Shown here piece by piece: positions 46,077 through 54,789 of a stretch of DNA of 64,000 nucleotides (positions are counted from its first letter, which is position 1; each line of letters opens with the position of its first letter). This stretch comes from Oscillospiraceae bacterium (GTDB lineage: Bacteria > Bacillota > Clostridia > Oscillospirales > Ruminococcaceae), in assembly GCA_051881855.1 (NCBI GenBank), contig JBJEQR010000012.1:103-64102 (forward strand), written 5' to 3'. Both the position numbers and the translations under genes were made by a program. The notes beneath the pieces were generated by a model, which ran no database searches, was not told the DNA's origin, and saw only the letters and a program-made list of their open reading frames with translations.

Positions 46077-46990
46077 TAAATAACATTATTGAGATCGACC
46101 ACCTTTCAAAGAGCTTCGGCGACGTCAAAGCCGTACAGGACCTGAGCTTCAGGGTGAAGGAAGGGGAGCTTTTTGCCTTCCTCGGCATAAATGGCGCGGG
46201 CAAGTCCACGACTATTAACATTATGTGCGGCCAGCTTTCAAAGGACGCCGGGAAAGTGCATATTGCCGAGGCGGACCTTGATAAGGACCTCAGCAAAATA
46301 AAGAGCACCCTCGGAGTGGTGTTCCAAAATTCCGTTTTGGACAAATCCCTCAGCGTGCGCGACAATCTTGAAAGCCGCGCGGCGCTCTACGGAATAACCG
46401 GGGTGGATTTTGAAAAGAGGCTTGCCGAGCTTGCAAAGCTACTCAATTTTGAGGATATTCTGAAACGTGCCGTGGGCAAGCTCTCCGGCGGACAGCGCAG
46501 GAGAGTTGATATAGCAAGGGCGCTTCTCCACAGCCCGAGGATACTCATTCTCGACGAGCCCACCACGGGCCTCGACCCACAGACGAGGAGAATGCTTTGG
46601 GACGTTATCAGCGACCTTCGGAAAAACGAAAACCTGACCGTTTTCCTCACCACCCACTATATGGAGGAGGCGGCGGACGCCGATTACGTGGTCATTCTTG
46701 ACAGCGGAAAAATTGTCGCCGAGGGAACTCCTCTTGAGCTTAAAAACACTTACACGGGGGACTTTATCACTATTTACGGAACCTCAGAAGAGACAATCAA
46801 AAAGCTTGAAACACCTTATGAGCCAATCCGCGACGCTTACCGCGTATCCGTGCCCAATACCGCCAAAGCGACGGAAATGATTATCAGATATCCTGAGGTT
46901 TTCAGCGATTACGAGATAACAAAGGGCAAAATGGACGACGTTTTCCTTGCGGTGACCGGGAAAAAACTTACGGGAGGTGCTGAAAAATGA
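46073..46990 (+). CDS. ABC transporter ATP-binding protein (ABC-2/DrrA-like)
   Basis: GINGAGKST, LSGGQRRR, ILILDEP. ATGA overlap with the preceding gene. Confidence 0.9.
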   Translation: MINNIIEIDHLSKSFGDVKAVQDLSFRVKEGELFAFLGINGAGKSTTINIMCGQLSKDAGKVHIAEADLDKDLSKIKSTLGVVFQNSVLDKSLSVRDNLESRAALYGITGVDFEKRLAELAKLLNFEDILKRAVGKLSGGQRRRVDIARALLHSPRILILDEPTTGLDPQTRRMLWDVISDLRKNENLTVFLTTHYMEEAADADYVVILDSGKIVAEGTPLELKNTYTGDFITIYGTSEETIKKLETPYEPIRDAYRVSVPNTAKATEMIIRYPEVFSDYEITKGKMDDVFLAVTGKKLTGGAEK

Positions 46991-47889
46991 CTAAACTCGC
47001 AGCGCTTGTAAAGCGCAACACAAAGCTGTTTTTTAAGGATAAAGGAATGTTTTTCACTTCCCTTATCACCCCTTTGATACTTCTGGTGCTCTACGGCACC
47101 TTTTTGGGCAACGTGTATGAGGAGACCTTCCGTGCATCTCTCGAGGCTTTCGGAACCTCTGTTCCGGATAAGCTCATAGGAGGCTGCGTCGGTGGAGAGC
47201 TTGTGTCCTCACTGCTTGCGGTGAGCTGCGTCACCGTGGCCTTTTGCTCCAATCTTCTCATGGTGCAGGACAAAATAAGCGGCGCAAAGCATGACCTCAC
47301 CATTTCTCCCGTAGGGAACGGCACCATTGCCCTCGGCTATTATGCGGCGACTTTGCTTTCGACCCTTTTGGTTTGCTTCATCGCAACGGGCGTCTGCCTT
47401 GCCTACATGGCAAACGTAGGCTGGTACCTCACCGTTTCCGACGTGCTCTGCATCTTCCTCGACGTATTCCTGCTCGTCCTGTTCGGAACGGCGCTGTCCT
47501 CCTGCGTCAATTTCCCTCTGTCCACCAACGGTCAGGGCACCGCTGTGGGCACTATCGTCAGCGCAGGATACGGATTTATCTGCGGAGCATATATGCCCAT
47601 TTCCCAGTTTTCCGAGGGAGTGCGCAATGTTGTATCGTTCCTCCCGGGTACCTACGGCACCTCGCTTCTGCGTAACCACGCTCTCAGGGGCGTATTTGAG
47701 GAAATGGGAAATCAGGGCTTCCCGGAGGAAGTGGTGGAGGCCATAAAGGATTCCGTGGACTGCAACCTCTATTTCTTTGGTGACAAGGTGGAGATGAGCA
47801 CCATGTATATCGTGCTCATCGGAACTGTTGCGGTGCTCATAGCTGCGTACGTGCTCATAAACGTTGTTTGGGGTTCAAAACAAAAATAG
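46987..47889 (+). CDS. ABC-2-type transporter permease
   Basis: Six-TM membrane protein, translationally coupled (ATGA 46987-46990) to the ATPase. Confidence 0.8.
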   Translation: MTKLAALVKRNTKLFFKDKGMFFTSLITPLILLVLYGTFLGNVYEETFRASLEAFGTSVPDKLIGGCVGGELVSSLLAVSCVTVAFCSNLLMVQDKISGAKHDLTISPVGNGTIALGYYAATLLSTLLVCFIATGVCLAYMANVGWYLTVSDVLCIFLDVFLLVLFGTALSSCVNFPLSTNGQGTAVGTIVSAGYGFICGAYMPISQFSEGVRNVVSFLPGTYGTSLLRNHALRGVFEEMGNQGFPEEVVEAIKDSVDCNLYFFGDKVEMSTMYIVLIGTVAVLIAAYVLINVVWGSKQK

Positions 47890-47901
47890 AAGGTAAATGA
47901 G

Positions 47902-48378
47902 ATGAAACTGAAAAATACTCTGCTTGCCGTTACGGATATGGAAAGGTCGGTTGCGTTTTACAAAAATACCCTTGGGCTTCACAAGATTGCGGACTTCGGC
48001 GCAAACGTTACTCTTTCCGGCGGTCTTTGCCTGCAAACTGCAGACACTTGGGCGGGGTTTATTGAAAAAACTCCCGGTGAGCTCGGCTGGTGCGGAAGCG
48101 TGAGCGAGATATATTTTGAGGAGGATGATTTCGATGCCTTCGTAGAAAAACTTAAAAACCTCGATATTCACTACGTCCACCCGGTAAAAGAGCACCCTTG
48201 GGGTCAGCGCGTCGTGCGTTTTTACGACCCGGACTGTCATATAATCGAGGTAGGCGAAAATATAAAATCCGTATGCCTTCGTTTTATCGAAAGCGGGCTC
48301 ACAGTGGAACAGACCGCAAAGCGTATGGATGTGCCCGCTGAATTTGTGAAAAAGTGCCTTCCTAAAGTCAAAGACTGA
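47902..48378 (+). CDS. VOC (glyoxalase/bleomycin-resistance) family protein
   Basis: LLAVTDMERSVAFYKNTLGL and HPWGQRVVRFYDPDCHIIEVGE. Confidence 0.75.
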   Translation: MKLKNTLLAVTDMERSVAFYKNTLGLHKIADFGANVTLSGGLCLQTADTWAGFIEKTPGELGWCGSVSEIYFEEDDFDAFVEKLKNLDIHYVHPVKEHPWGQRVVRFYDPDCHIIEVGENIKSVCLRFIESGLTVEQTAKRMDVPAEFVKKCLPKVKD

Positions 48379-48404
48379 AAGAAAAACTACCAGGAGGGAA
48401 AAAT

Positions 48405-48725
48405 ATGCCGAGCAGCAAAGAGTATCTTAATTATATTTTGGACCAGCTTTCGCCCCTCTCCGAAATATCTTACAGACCGATGATGGGGGAATACATAATC
48501 TATTATAATGGGAAAATCGCCTTTGAAATTTGCGACAACCGCCTTTTGGTAAAGCCCGTTCCGGCAGCGCTCAAAATGCTGCCGAACGCACCGTTTGAGC
48601 CTCCATATGTCGGCGCGAAGGATATGATCCTTGTGGAAAACGTGGACGACGGCGAGTTTTTGCGCTCGCTTGTCGAAGAAATATATTGCGAACTCCCAGC
48701 TCCGAAACCGATGAAAAGAAAATGA
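48405..48725 (+). CDS. TfoX N-terminal-domain protein
   Basis: YRPMMGEYIIYYNGKIAFEICDNRLLVKP fits the TfoX_N pattern. Length 106 aa. Confidence 0.65.
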   Translation: MPSSKEYLNYILDQLSPLSEISYRPMMGEYIIYYNGKIAFEICDNRLLVKPVPAALKMLPNAPFEPPYVGAKDMILVENVDDGEFLRSLVEEIYCELPAPKPMKRK

Positions 48726-49252
48726 ATACGCCTGTTTTGGAAACCGAGAGACTGCTCCTGCGCCCTTTTTCCACAGGGGACGCAAGGAGCGTCTTTGAAT
48801 GTTGGGAAAGCGACCCTGAGGTCGCAAAATATATGTTCTGGACGAGCCATAACGACATTGAAAAAACGAAGGAATGGCTCTCCTTTGAAATCGGTAAGAT
48901 TGCGAAGGACGACTGGTACCGCTTTGCCCTCGTTTTGAAGGAAACGCATGAGCTCATCGGAACTGCTCTCATATACTATGAGCCGGAGGTGGAGTGCTGG
49001 GAAATAGGCTATAACCTCGGGCAAAAGTATTGGGGATGCGGATACGCGACGGAGGCTGCAAAGCGGATCATTCGTTTTGCGAAAGAGGAACTCTTCATTT
49101 CGGAGGTCGTAGGAAGATACGCCAAAGAAAATGCCGCCTCCGGAAATGTTTTGAGGAAACTCGGCTTTGAATATGAAAAGGACATTCCGTACGAATGTAA
49201 CGATAAAACTGTCCTCAGAGCTGGAATTCAGTGCCGTTTAGTGATAAAATAA
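48722..49252 (+). CDS. GNAT-family N-acetyltransferase (RimJ/RimL-like)
   Basis: LETERLLLRPFSTGDA at the N-terminus and WGCGYATEAAK. ATG 48722 overlaps the TfoX stop (ATGA). Confidence 0.8.
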   Translation: MNTPVLETERLLLRPFSTGDARSVFECWESDPEVAKYMFWTSHNDIEKTKEWLSFEIGKIAKDDWYRFALVLKETHELIGTALIYYEPEVECWEIGYNLGQKYWGCGYATEAAKRIIRFAKEELFISEVVGRYAKENAASGNVLRKLGFEYEKDIPYECNDKTVLRAGIQCRLVIK

Positions 49253-49303
49253 AGAGAAATTATGATAAAATAAAGAGAAGTTATGATAAAATAAACAGAG
49301 GTT
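49241..49303 (+). repeat. Three tandem copies of a 21-bp unit spanning the GNAT stop codon and the next gene's RBS
   Basis: GTGATAAAATAAAGAGAAATT / ATGATAAAATAAAGAGAAGTT / ATGATAAAATAAACAGAGGTT, then ATTATGGATAAAA, which is a partial fourth copy containing the real start at 49307. Confidence 0.9.
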
Positions 49304-49306
49304 ATT

Positions 49307-49861
49307 ATGGATAAAAAACAGCTTCCGAACTGCATAACGGCGTTTCGCATCTGCGGAGCGGCTCTGCTGATGATGACAGAGCCTTTTTCCACGTTTTTCT
49401 ATGTGCTGTATTCATTCTGCGGACTCAGCGACGTCATTGACGGCTGGCTTGCGAGGAAAATGGACGCATCAAGCGAGCTTGGAGCGAGGCTTGACAGCAT
49501 AGCGGACCTCCTGTTCTATTCCGCTATGCTGATAAAACTGCTTCCGACCCTGCTCATAAGGCTGACTCCGGGGATCTGGTGGGCCATTTGCGTAGTGCTC
49601 ATTCTGCGCTGTGCGTCCTATGCCGTCGCAGGGGTGAAATATCACCGTTTTGCTTCGCTCCATACCTATATGAACAAATTCACGGGCCTTTGCGTATTTC
49701 TGGTTCCATATTTTATTTTCCTCCCATTTTATATTCCCCTTTGCGCCGCCGTCTGCGCGGCGGCGGGCCTTGCCTCGGCGGAGGAGCTTCTCATACATAT
49801 TTTTTCAAGTGAATATATTCCGTCCAGAAAAACGCTGCTGCAAAGAGGGGGAAAAACCTAA
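49307..49861 (+). CDS. CDP-alcohol phosphatidyltransferase family protein
   Basis: DVIDGWLARKMDASSELGARLDSIADLL matches the DG(x)2AR...G(x)3D(x)3D signature. Confidence 0.8.
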   Translation: MDKKQLPNCITAFRICGAALLMMTEPFSTFFYVLYSFCGLSDVIDGWLARKMDASSELGARLDSIADLLFYSAMLIKLLPTLLIRLTPGIWWAICVVLILRCASYAVAGVKYHRFASLHTYMNKFTGLCVFLVPYFIFLPFYIPLCAAVCAAAGLASAEELLIHIFSSEYIPSRKTLLQRGGKT

Positions 49862-49863
49862 CA

Positions 49864-50316
49864 TTGAACTGGATAAATATTTTTGGCCTTGCCTTTATGA
49901 TAATCATAATGATACCGAACGTCATTTTTGCCGTGAAATGCAAGGACGGCTTTGAAAACCTCTGGAAAAACAGGGCCGTTGAGCTTCTCGAGCAAATAGG
50001 ACGCTTCGGCTGTTTCGGTTTCATGGTGTTCAATATTTCCGGGACATGGTTCGGTTTCGTTTCGGATGAAGCGTTTGCGGTTTATCTTATGGTGGATAGC
50101 CTGCTCGTGGCGCTGTACTGCGTTATCTGGGCGCTGTGTTTTAAGAAGAACAGCATTTTCAGGGCGCTTGCCCTCTCTGTGCTCCCCTCGGTAATTTTTC
50201 TTTTCAGCGGCATAATGCTCCGCTCGGTTCTCCTTATCGCGGCGGCGGTGATTTTTGCGCCCTGCCATATACTGATAAGCTATAAAAACGCCGCCGAAGG
50301 TGAGAAACAGAAATGA
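49864..50316 (+). CDS. Hypothetical integral membrane protein
   Basis: Four or five predicted TM helices. It sits in the operon position between the phosphatidyltransferase and a lipoprotein. The start codon is uncertain (TTG 49864 or ATG 49897). Confidence 0.45.
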   Translation: MNWINIFGLAFMIIIMIPNVIFAVKCKDGFENLWKNRAVELLEQIGRFGCFGFMVFNISGTWFGFVSDEAFAVYLMVDSLLVALYCVIWALCFKKNSIFRALALSVLPSVIFLFSGIMLRSVLLIAAAVIFAPCHILISYKNAAEGEKQK

Positions 50317-50801
50317 ATAAGGAAGAACAGAGCGGCTTCTCAGCTGTTTTGCTCCCGCAGGTTTCATCGCGTCGTAAATTCCCGGGGGTGGAAAAGCAAA
50401 GCAGGCACATAGGAACAGCTCTGAGGATTCTTTTGCTGGCCGTGCTCATAGCCTCTGGAGCGCTTTTTTCCTCGTGCTCAAAAAATCCCGAAATGTATGT
50501 TAAGCTCGTAAACCTTTCTGACGGGAGCACCGTGACTGTGAGCGACGGCTCTGAGCAAATGTATTTCAGCGTCGGCGAAGGGGAAAGCTGCGAGGTTTTA
50601 GTGACGGTGGAGAGGGAGAGCGGAGCTCTGAGCCTGAGCATCTTGAAAGAAAGAAGCGGAGAAAAAATATATTCCGGAAAGGATATTCCCACCTCGCGTT
50701 TTTCTGTCATTGCAGATGAAGCGGGGGATTACATAATAAAAATTGAGGCGGAGAGCTTCATCGGGAGCTATGAGCTTGAATATTCATATACGGAAGGCTG
50801 A
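50313..50801 (+). CDS. Hypothetical lipoprotein
   Basis: Signal peptide with lipobox ALFSS-C. The mature part is beta-rich with no family I recognise. ATGA overlap with the preceding gene. Confidence 0.5.
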   Translation: MNKEEQSGFSAVLLPQVSSRRKFPGVEKQSRHIGTALRILLLAVLIASGALFSSCSKNPEMYVKLVNLSDGSTVTVSDGSEQMYFSVGEGESCEVLVTVERESGALSLSILKERSGEKIYSGKDIPTSRFSVIADEAGDYIIKIEAESFIGSYELEYSYTEG

Positions 50802-50872
50802 GAAATAGCAAAGGAAGTCGAGAAAACCCTCCTTTCCGCGCGGTATAATGAATCGCGTAAGGCGGTGAAAAA

Positions 50873-51751
50873 ATGAAGGAACAAATTTTAGCGGTGCAGA
50901 GAATGCAGGACTATATAGGCGAAAACCTTGAGAGTAAAATCACCCTTGCGGACCTTTCCCGGGTGTCGCTTTTTTCTCCGTGGCATTCCCACCGCCTGTT
51001 CAGACAGTATATCGGGCTTGCTCCGGCGGAGTATATCCGCCGTATGCGCCTTTCAAAGTCAGCGCTGAAGCTCAAAAATGAATCCTGCCAGGTGATTGAC
51101 GCCGCCTGTGACTCCGGTTTTGGCAGCGTTGACGGCTACCAGCGGGCATTTTTAAAGGAGTTCGGCTGCAACCCCGGCGAATACGTCAGAACCAAGGTTC
51201 CGATCCCTCTTTTCATACCTTACGGAGTGAAATTTCGCGAGCTCAGAAAGGAGACTTTTGCTATGGAAAATGTACAGAGCGTATTTGTCCAACTTATCAG
51301 AAAACCTGAAAGAAAAGTGATTATCAAACGTGCCGTCTCGGCCGAGGACTATTTCGCCTATTGCGGCGAGGTGGGCTGCGACATATGGGGCGTGCTCATG
51401 AGCATGGATTCCCTCTGCGGGGAGCCCGTTTGCCTTTGGCTGCCTGAAAAATATAAAAAGCCCGGCACCTCCGTATACGTGCAGGGTGTGGAGGCACCAA
51501 ATGATTATAACGGCCCCGTTCCCGAGGGTTTTGACGTTATCAGCCTCCCTTCTGCGGAGTACCTGATGTTCCAGGGTGAGCCTTTCCGTGAGGAGGACTA
51601 CTGCGACGCGATAAATGCCGTGCAGTGCTCGATGAACAAATACGACCCCTCTATCATCGGCTACCGCTGGGATGAAGAAAATCCCCGCATACAGCTTGAG
51701 CCGAGGGGAGAGCGCGGATATATCGAGCTCAGAGCAGTCCGCGCAATTTGA
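50873..51751 (+). CDS. AraC-family transcriptional regulator with a GyrI-like effector-binding domain
   Basis: N-terminal dual HTH (LADLSRVSLFSPWHSHRLFRQYIG; ACDSGFGSVDGYQRAFLKEFG) and a C-terminal GyrI-like half. Confidence 0.85.
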   Translation: MKEQILAVQRMQDYIGENLESKITLADLSRVSLFSPWHSHRLFRQYIGLAPAEYIRRMRLSKSALKLKNESCQVIDAACDSGFGSVDGYQRAFLKEFGCNPGEYVRTKVPIPLFIPYGVKFRELRKETFAMENVQSVFVQLIRKPERKVIIKRAVSAEDYFAYCGEVGCDIWGVLMSMDSLCGEPVCLWLPEKYKKPGTSVYVQGVEAPNDYNGPVPEGFDVISLPSAEYLMFQGEPFREEDYCDAINAVQCSMNKYDPSIIGYRWDEENPRIQLEPRGERGYIELRAVRAI

Positions 51752-51765
51752 AAAAAGTGAGCCTG

Positions 51766-51798
51766 CAACAGCCGCCGGAGGGCGGCTGTTTTTTTTGT
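51766..51798 (+). terminator. Rho-independent terminator
   Basis: Stem ACAGCCGCC / GGCGGCTGT with loop GGAG, followed by TTTTTTTT. Confidence 0.85.
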
Positions 51799-51904
51799 CT
51801 GTCTCCCAGCGTTGCAGTATTGAAAAATGCACAGTTTCAAAGTATAATTTCCACATAGCCGCTTTTGAGAAGAAGCTGAGCCATTAACGTGGAAAGGAGA
51901 ACCC

Positions 51905-52426
51905 ATGAGAGACGTAAAACAAGAAATAGTCAAAACCTTCATAGAGCAGACAAAACAGAGAAACAGCATAGATTTTACCATAAAGGAGCTCTGCTCCATC
52001 TGCGGAATATCCCGCCCCACTTTTTATAAATATTTCAAGGATAAATACCAGATTATTGAGTATATCCAGCAAGAGGATCTGATGGAGCCCATAAAAAAGC
52101 TAATAGACAGCGGAGTCCTTGGCGCAAGGCCCCTCAGCGAGATTTTTTATTTGAATTTCTATAAAAATAAGGACTTTTATAAAGTGGTCATCAAGGCGGA
52201 AGGGCAGAATTCGTTTGTCGATACGCTGATAACCCGGATTTCCGAAATAGTGAAACTGACTTTTGTTTCCCAGTCGGACAAGGAAGCGGTGGATTACATA
52301 AGCTATAAATTTGCAGCGACCCAGGTCATGATGTTAAAAAAATGGGTGAACGACGGCATGAGCGTAACTCCGGAAAAAATGGCCTATTATTATTCCCTTG
52401 AGCTTACAAACTATAAAAATTGTTAA
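51905..52426 (+). CDS. TetR/AcrR-family transcriptional regulator
   Basis: HTH TIKELCSICGISRPTFYKYFKDKYQI. Length 173 aa. Confidence 0.8.
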   Translation: MRDVKQEIVKTFIEQTKQRNSIDFTIKELCSICGISRPTFYKYFKDKYQIIEYIQQEDLMEPIKKLIDSGVLGARPLSEIFYLNFYKNKDFYKVVIKAEGQNSFVDTLITRISEIVKLTFVSQSDKEAVDYISYKFAATQVMMLKKWVNDGMSVTPEKMAYYYSLELTNYKNC

Positions 52427-52529
52427 TATTTTTTAACATCTATATCAAAAATGTTAATTGAAATGTATTGTAAAATACCCTACAATAATGTTAGATAATT
52501 AACGGCCATAACCCGTTAAAATATTTAAC
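52421..52529 (+). promoter_or_regulatory. Promoter of the dehydrogenase gene embedded in an array of TGTTA/TAACA inverted repeats (probable TetR operators)
   Basis: TGTTAA-N6-TTAACA at 52421-52438. -35 TTGAAA at 52458-52463, 17-nt spacer, -10 TACAAT at 52481-52486. TTAACGG-N7-CCGTTAA at 52498-52518. TTAACA at 52524-52529. Confidence 0.6.
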
Positions 52530-52547
52530 ATTAAAAGGAGTACTAAA

Positions 52548-53570
52548 ATGAGAGCATTAACTCTTACCGGCGTCAAACAATTTGAACTTATCGAGAAACC
52601 TGTTCCCAAAGCGGACGAGAGAAAATCCGTAATTAAAGTCAGCCATGCGGGAATCTGCGGAAGCGACTTACATATGATTTGGTCCTACGGATTCGGTGCG
52701 GGCACCAATTTTGTTATCGGCCATGAATTCAGCGGCACTATCGTGGAACCCGCAGAGGGCTCCGGTTTTAAAGTAGGCGACCGCGTAACCGCTATGGAAA
52801 TCGACTCCTGCCTTGAATGTGACGAGTGCAAAGCCGGCCGTCCCCAGCTCTGCAAACATGTTCTCGAAGGCGGCCCCGGCATCGGCAGCGACGGCGGCTA
52901 TGCCGAGTATGTGGCAGTTCGCAGCGATATGATCAGAAAACTCCCTGACAACGTCAGCTTTCTCTCCGCGGCAATGGTCGAGCCTGCCGCAATCTCCATG
53001 CACGGCGTCTGCCTTGCGGGTGTAAAAGAGGGCTCCACTGTTCTCGTAACCGGCGGCGGCGCTATCGGCCTTTTCGCAGCTGCCTGCGCAAAAGCTCTCG
53101 GAGCAAAATATGTAGCAGTTTCCGAGGTCAACGAGGGCAGAATCAAAACCGCAGAAGAGGCGGATTTCGTGGACGAAGTATTCAACGGTGCTGATGAAAA
53201 CCTCCTTGAGAAACTCAAAGAGAGAGTTCCCGGCGGCTTTGACGCCACTATCGAGTGCAGCGGCAGCGGCGCTGCGGCAACCAGCGGCCTCAACAGCCTT
53301 AAATGCGGCGGACATCAGGTCATGATAGCCTACGGCCCCGGCCCCAAGATTGATGCTATGAGCTTTGTAAACAGCGAGTGGCACATTGACGGAAGCCTGT
53401 TCTTCACCGTTGAGGAATTTGAAAATGTCATCAAATTCATGAGCGAGGGCAAGCTCGACCTCGAGAAATACGCCGAAGTCATCTCCATGGACGAAGCTCA
53501 GAAGACCTTCGAAGGCCTTTCCGACGGTACCTGCACTGCAGTGAAATACGTCATGGATATGTCCAGATAA
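52548..53570 (+). CDS. Zinc-dependent medium-chain alcohol/polyol dehydrogenase (sorbitol/threonine dehydrogenase-like)
   Basis: GICGSDLH, GHEFSG, the structural-zinc cluster CLECDECKAGRPQLC, and Rossmann VTGGGAIG. Confidence 0.9.
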   Translation: MRALTLTGVKQFELIEKPVPKADERKSVIKVSHAGICGSDLHMIWSYGFGAGTNFVIGHEFSGTIVEPAEGSGFKVGDRVTAMEIDSCLECDECKAGRPQLCKHVLEGGPGIGSDGGYAEYVAVRSDMIRKLPDNVSFLSAAMVEPAAISMHGVCLAGVKEGSTVLVTGGGAIGLFAAACAKALGAKYVAVSEVNEGRIKTAEEADFVDEVFNGADENLLEKLKERVPGGFDATIECSGSGAAATSGLNSLKCGGHQVMIAYGPGPKIDAMSFVNSEWHIDGSLFFTVEEFENVIKFMSEGKLDLEKYAEVISMDEAQKTFEGLSDGTCTAVKYVMDMSR

Positions 53571-53595
53571 TCTGAAATAAGCAAATAATCAGAGG

Positions 53596-53630
53596 AGGGC
53601 GGGCCTTTTGGCCTGCCCTTGACTTTTTTA
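53596..53630 (+). terminator. Rho-independent terminator after the dehydrogenase gene
   Basis: Stem GGGCGGGCC / GGCCTGCCC (one G-T pair). The T-run follows after TTGAC. Confidence 0.65.
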
Positions 53631-53705
53631 AACAAACCTATTGACGAGGCGCAGGAGCGGCTGTAAAATTGGTGCAGAATCAGTATTTTAAACGGGAGGC
53701 GGCAC

Positions 53706-54611
53706 ATGGATATTAAAAGTGCAGGAAAATTCATATACCTGAATGCGAGACCCCTTGATTTGGCAAGGTGGCGCTATCTGTTTGAAGGCGGCAGCAGGGA
53801 AGAAGTATTGCGCGCCCTGTCGGCATATCAAAATGAGGACGGCGGTTTCGGCCATGGCCTTGAGGCGGACTGCTGGAATCCGAATTCATCTCCGGTACAA
53901 ACCTGGGCCGCCACTGAAATAATAAGGGAAATCGGGCTCAACGATGCGAAGCACCCAATGATACAGGGGATTTTGAAATATTTGGGCTCCGCCGCTGATT
54001 TTGACGGGCATGTTTGGTTAAATACGGTTCCGTCAAATAACGACTATCCCCATGCTCCCTGGTGGAGCTATGCGCCGGAGCAGGAGCTCGCGTATAATCC
54101 CACTGCCTGCTTAGTTGGATTTATCATAAAATTTGCGGACGAAAGCAGCGGGCTATATGCTCTGGCTCTCCGTTTGGCAAGGGAAGCCTATGCTTTTCTG
54201 AAAGCCGGCTACCCATTGGAATCCATGCACACGGTTTCCTGCTTCGTGGAGCTTTTTGAATACCTATGCGAATGCGGCAGAAGTGCAGATATTGACCTTG
54301 GCGAATTTGAAAAAATACTGCACGAACAGATAAAATATATTCTGACAGGGGATACCTCCCTGTGGCCGACAGAGTACGTCTGCAAACCGTCCCTGTTCAT
54401 AAATTCCAAAAACAGCGTTTTCTATCCTGAAAACAGGGACCTCTGCGAATTCGAGTGCGGATTTATATCGGATACGCAGGGGGCCGACGGCGCTTGGAAT
54501 ATCACCTGGGAATGGGGAGACTATACGGAGCAGTGGCACATAAGCAAAAACTGGTGGAAGTCCGACCTTATTATAAAGAACATTAAGTTTTATAACGCAA
54601 TGCGGGGATAA
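53706..54611 (+). CDS. Hypothetical protein (possibly alpha/alpha-toroid, prenyltransferase/terpene-cyclase-repeat-like)
   Basis: It has a good RBS (GGGAGG) and its own terminator. YQNEDGGFGHGLE and DTQGADGAWN resemble the Gly-rich repeat motifs of that fold. The family call is weak. Confidence 0.4.
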   Translation: MDIKSAGKFIYLNARPLDLARWRYLFEGGSREEVLRALSAYQNEDGGFGHGLEADCWNPNSSPVQTWAATEIIREIGLNDAKHPMIQGILKYLGSAADFDGHVWLNTVPSNNDYPHAPWWSYAPEQELAYNPTACLVGFIIKFADESSGLYALALRLAREAYAFLKAGYPLESMHTVSCFVELFEYLCECGRSADIDLGEFEKILHEQIKYILTGDTSLWPTEYVCKPSLFINSKNSVFYPENRDLCEFECGFISDTQGADGAWNITWEWGDYTEQWHISKNWWKSDLIIKNIKFYNAMRG

Positions 54612-54615
54612 AGGT

Positions 54616-54652
54616 GTGCCCGTCCGTTTTCAAAAACGGACGGGCATTTTTG
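54616..54652 (+). terminator. Rho-independent terminator
   Basis: Stem TGCCCGTCCGTTTT / AAAACGGACGGGCA followed by TTTTT. Confidence 0.85.
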
Positions 54653-54789
54653 TGGTGCCGAAACAGAATATTTTGACAGAAATATTTGCTTTTTTGCATT
54701 TAAATTATTCCGAATTGTGCTATCTATCGACAATGTGAACTCTTTGTGATATTATAAAACAGTAAAGATTTTACAGCTGGGGGCACATT

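Noticed and set aside
38081-49300. A genomic island integrated at tRNA-Pro.
   Set aside because: Gene content does become accessory after the tRNA. However, I found no integrase, recombinase, transposase or phage gene, and no direct repeat of the tRNA 3' end downstream. I cannot support an island call from the sequence alone.
49241-49303. The tandem 21-bp repeats as a mini CRISPR array.
   Set aside because: The units are directly adjacent with no spacers, there are only three copies, and there are no cas genes. It is a simple tandem duplication.
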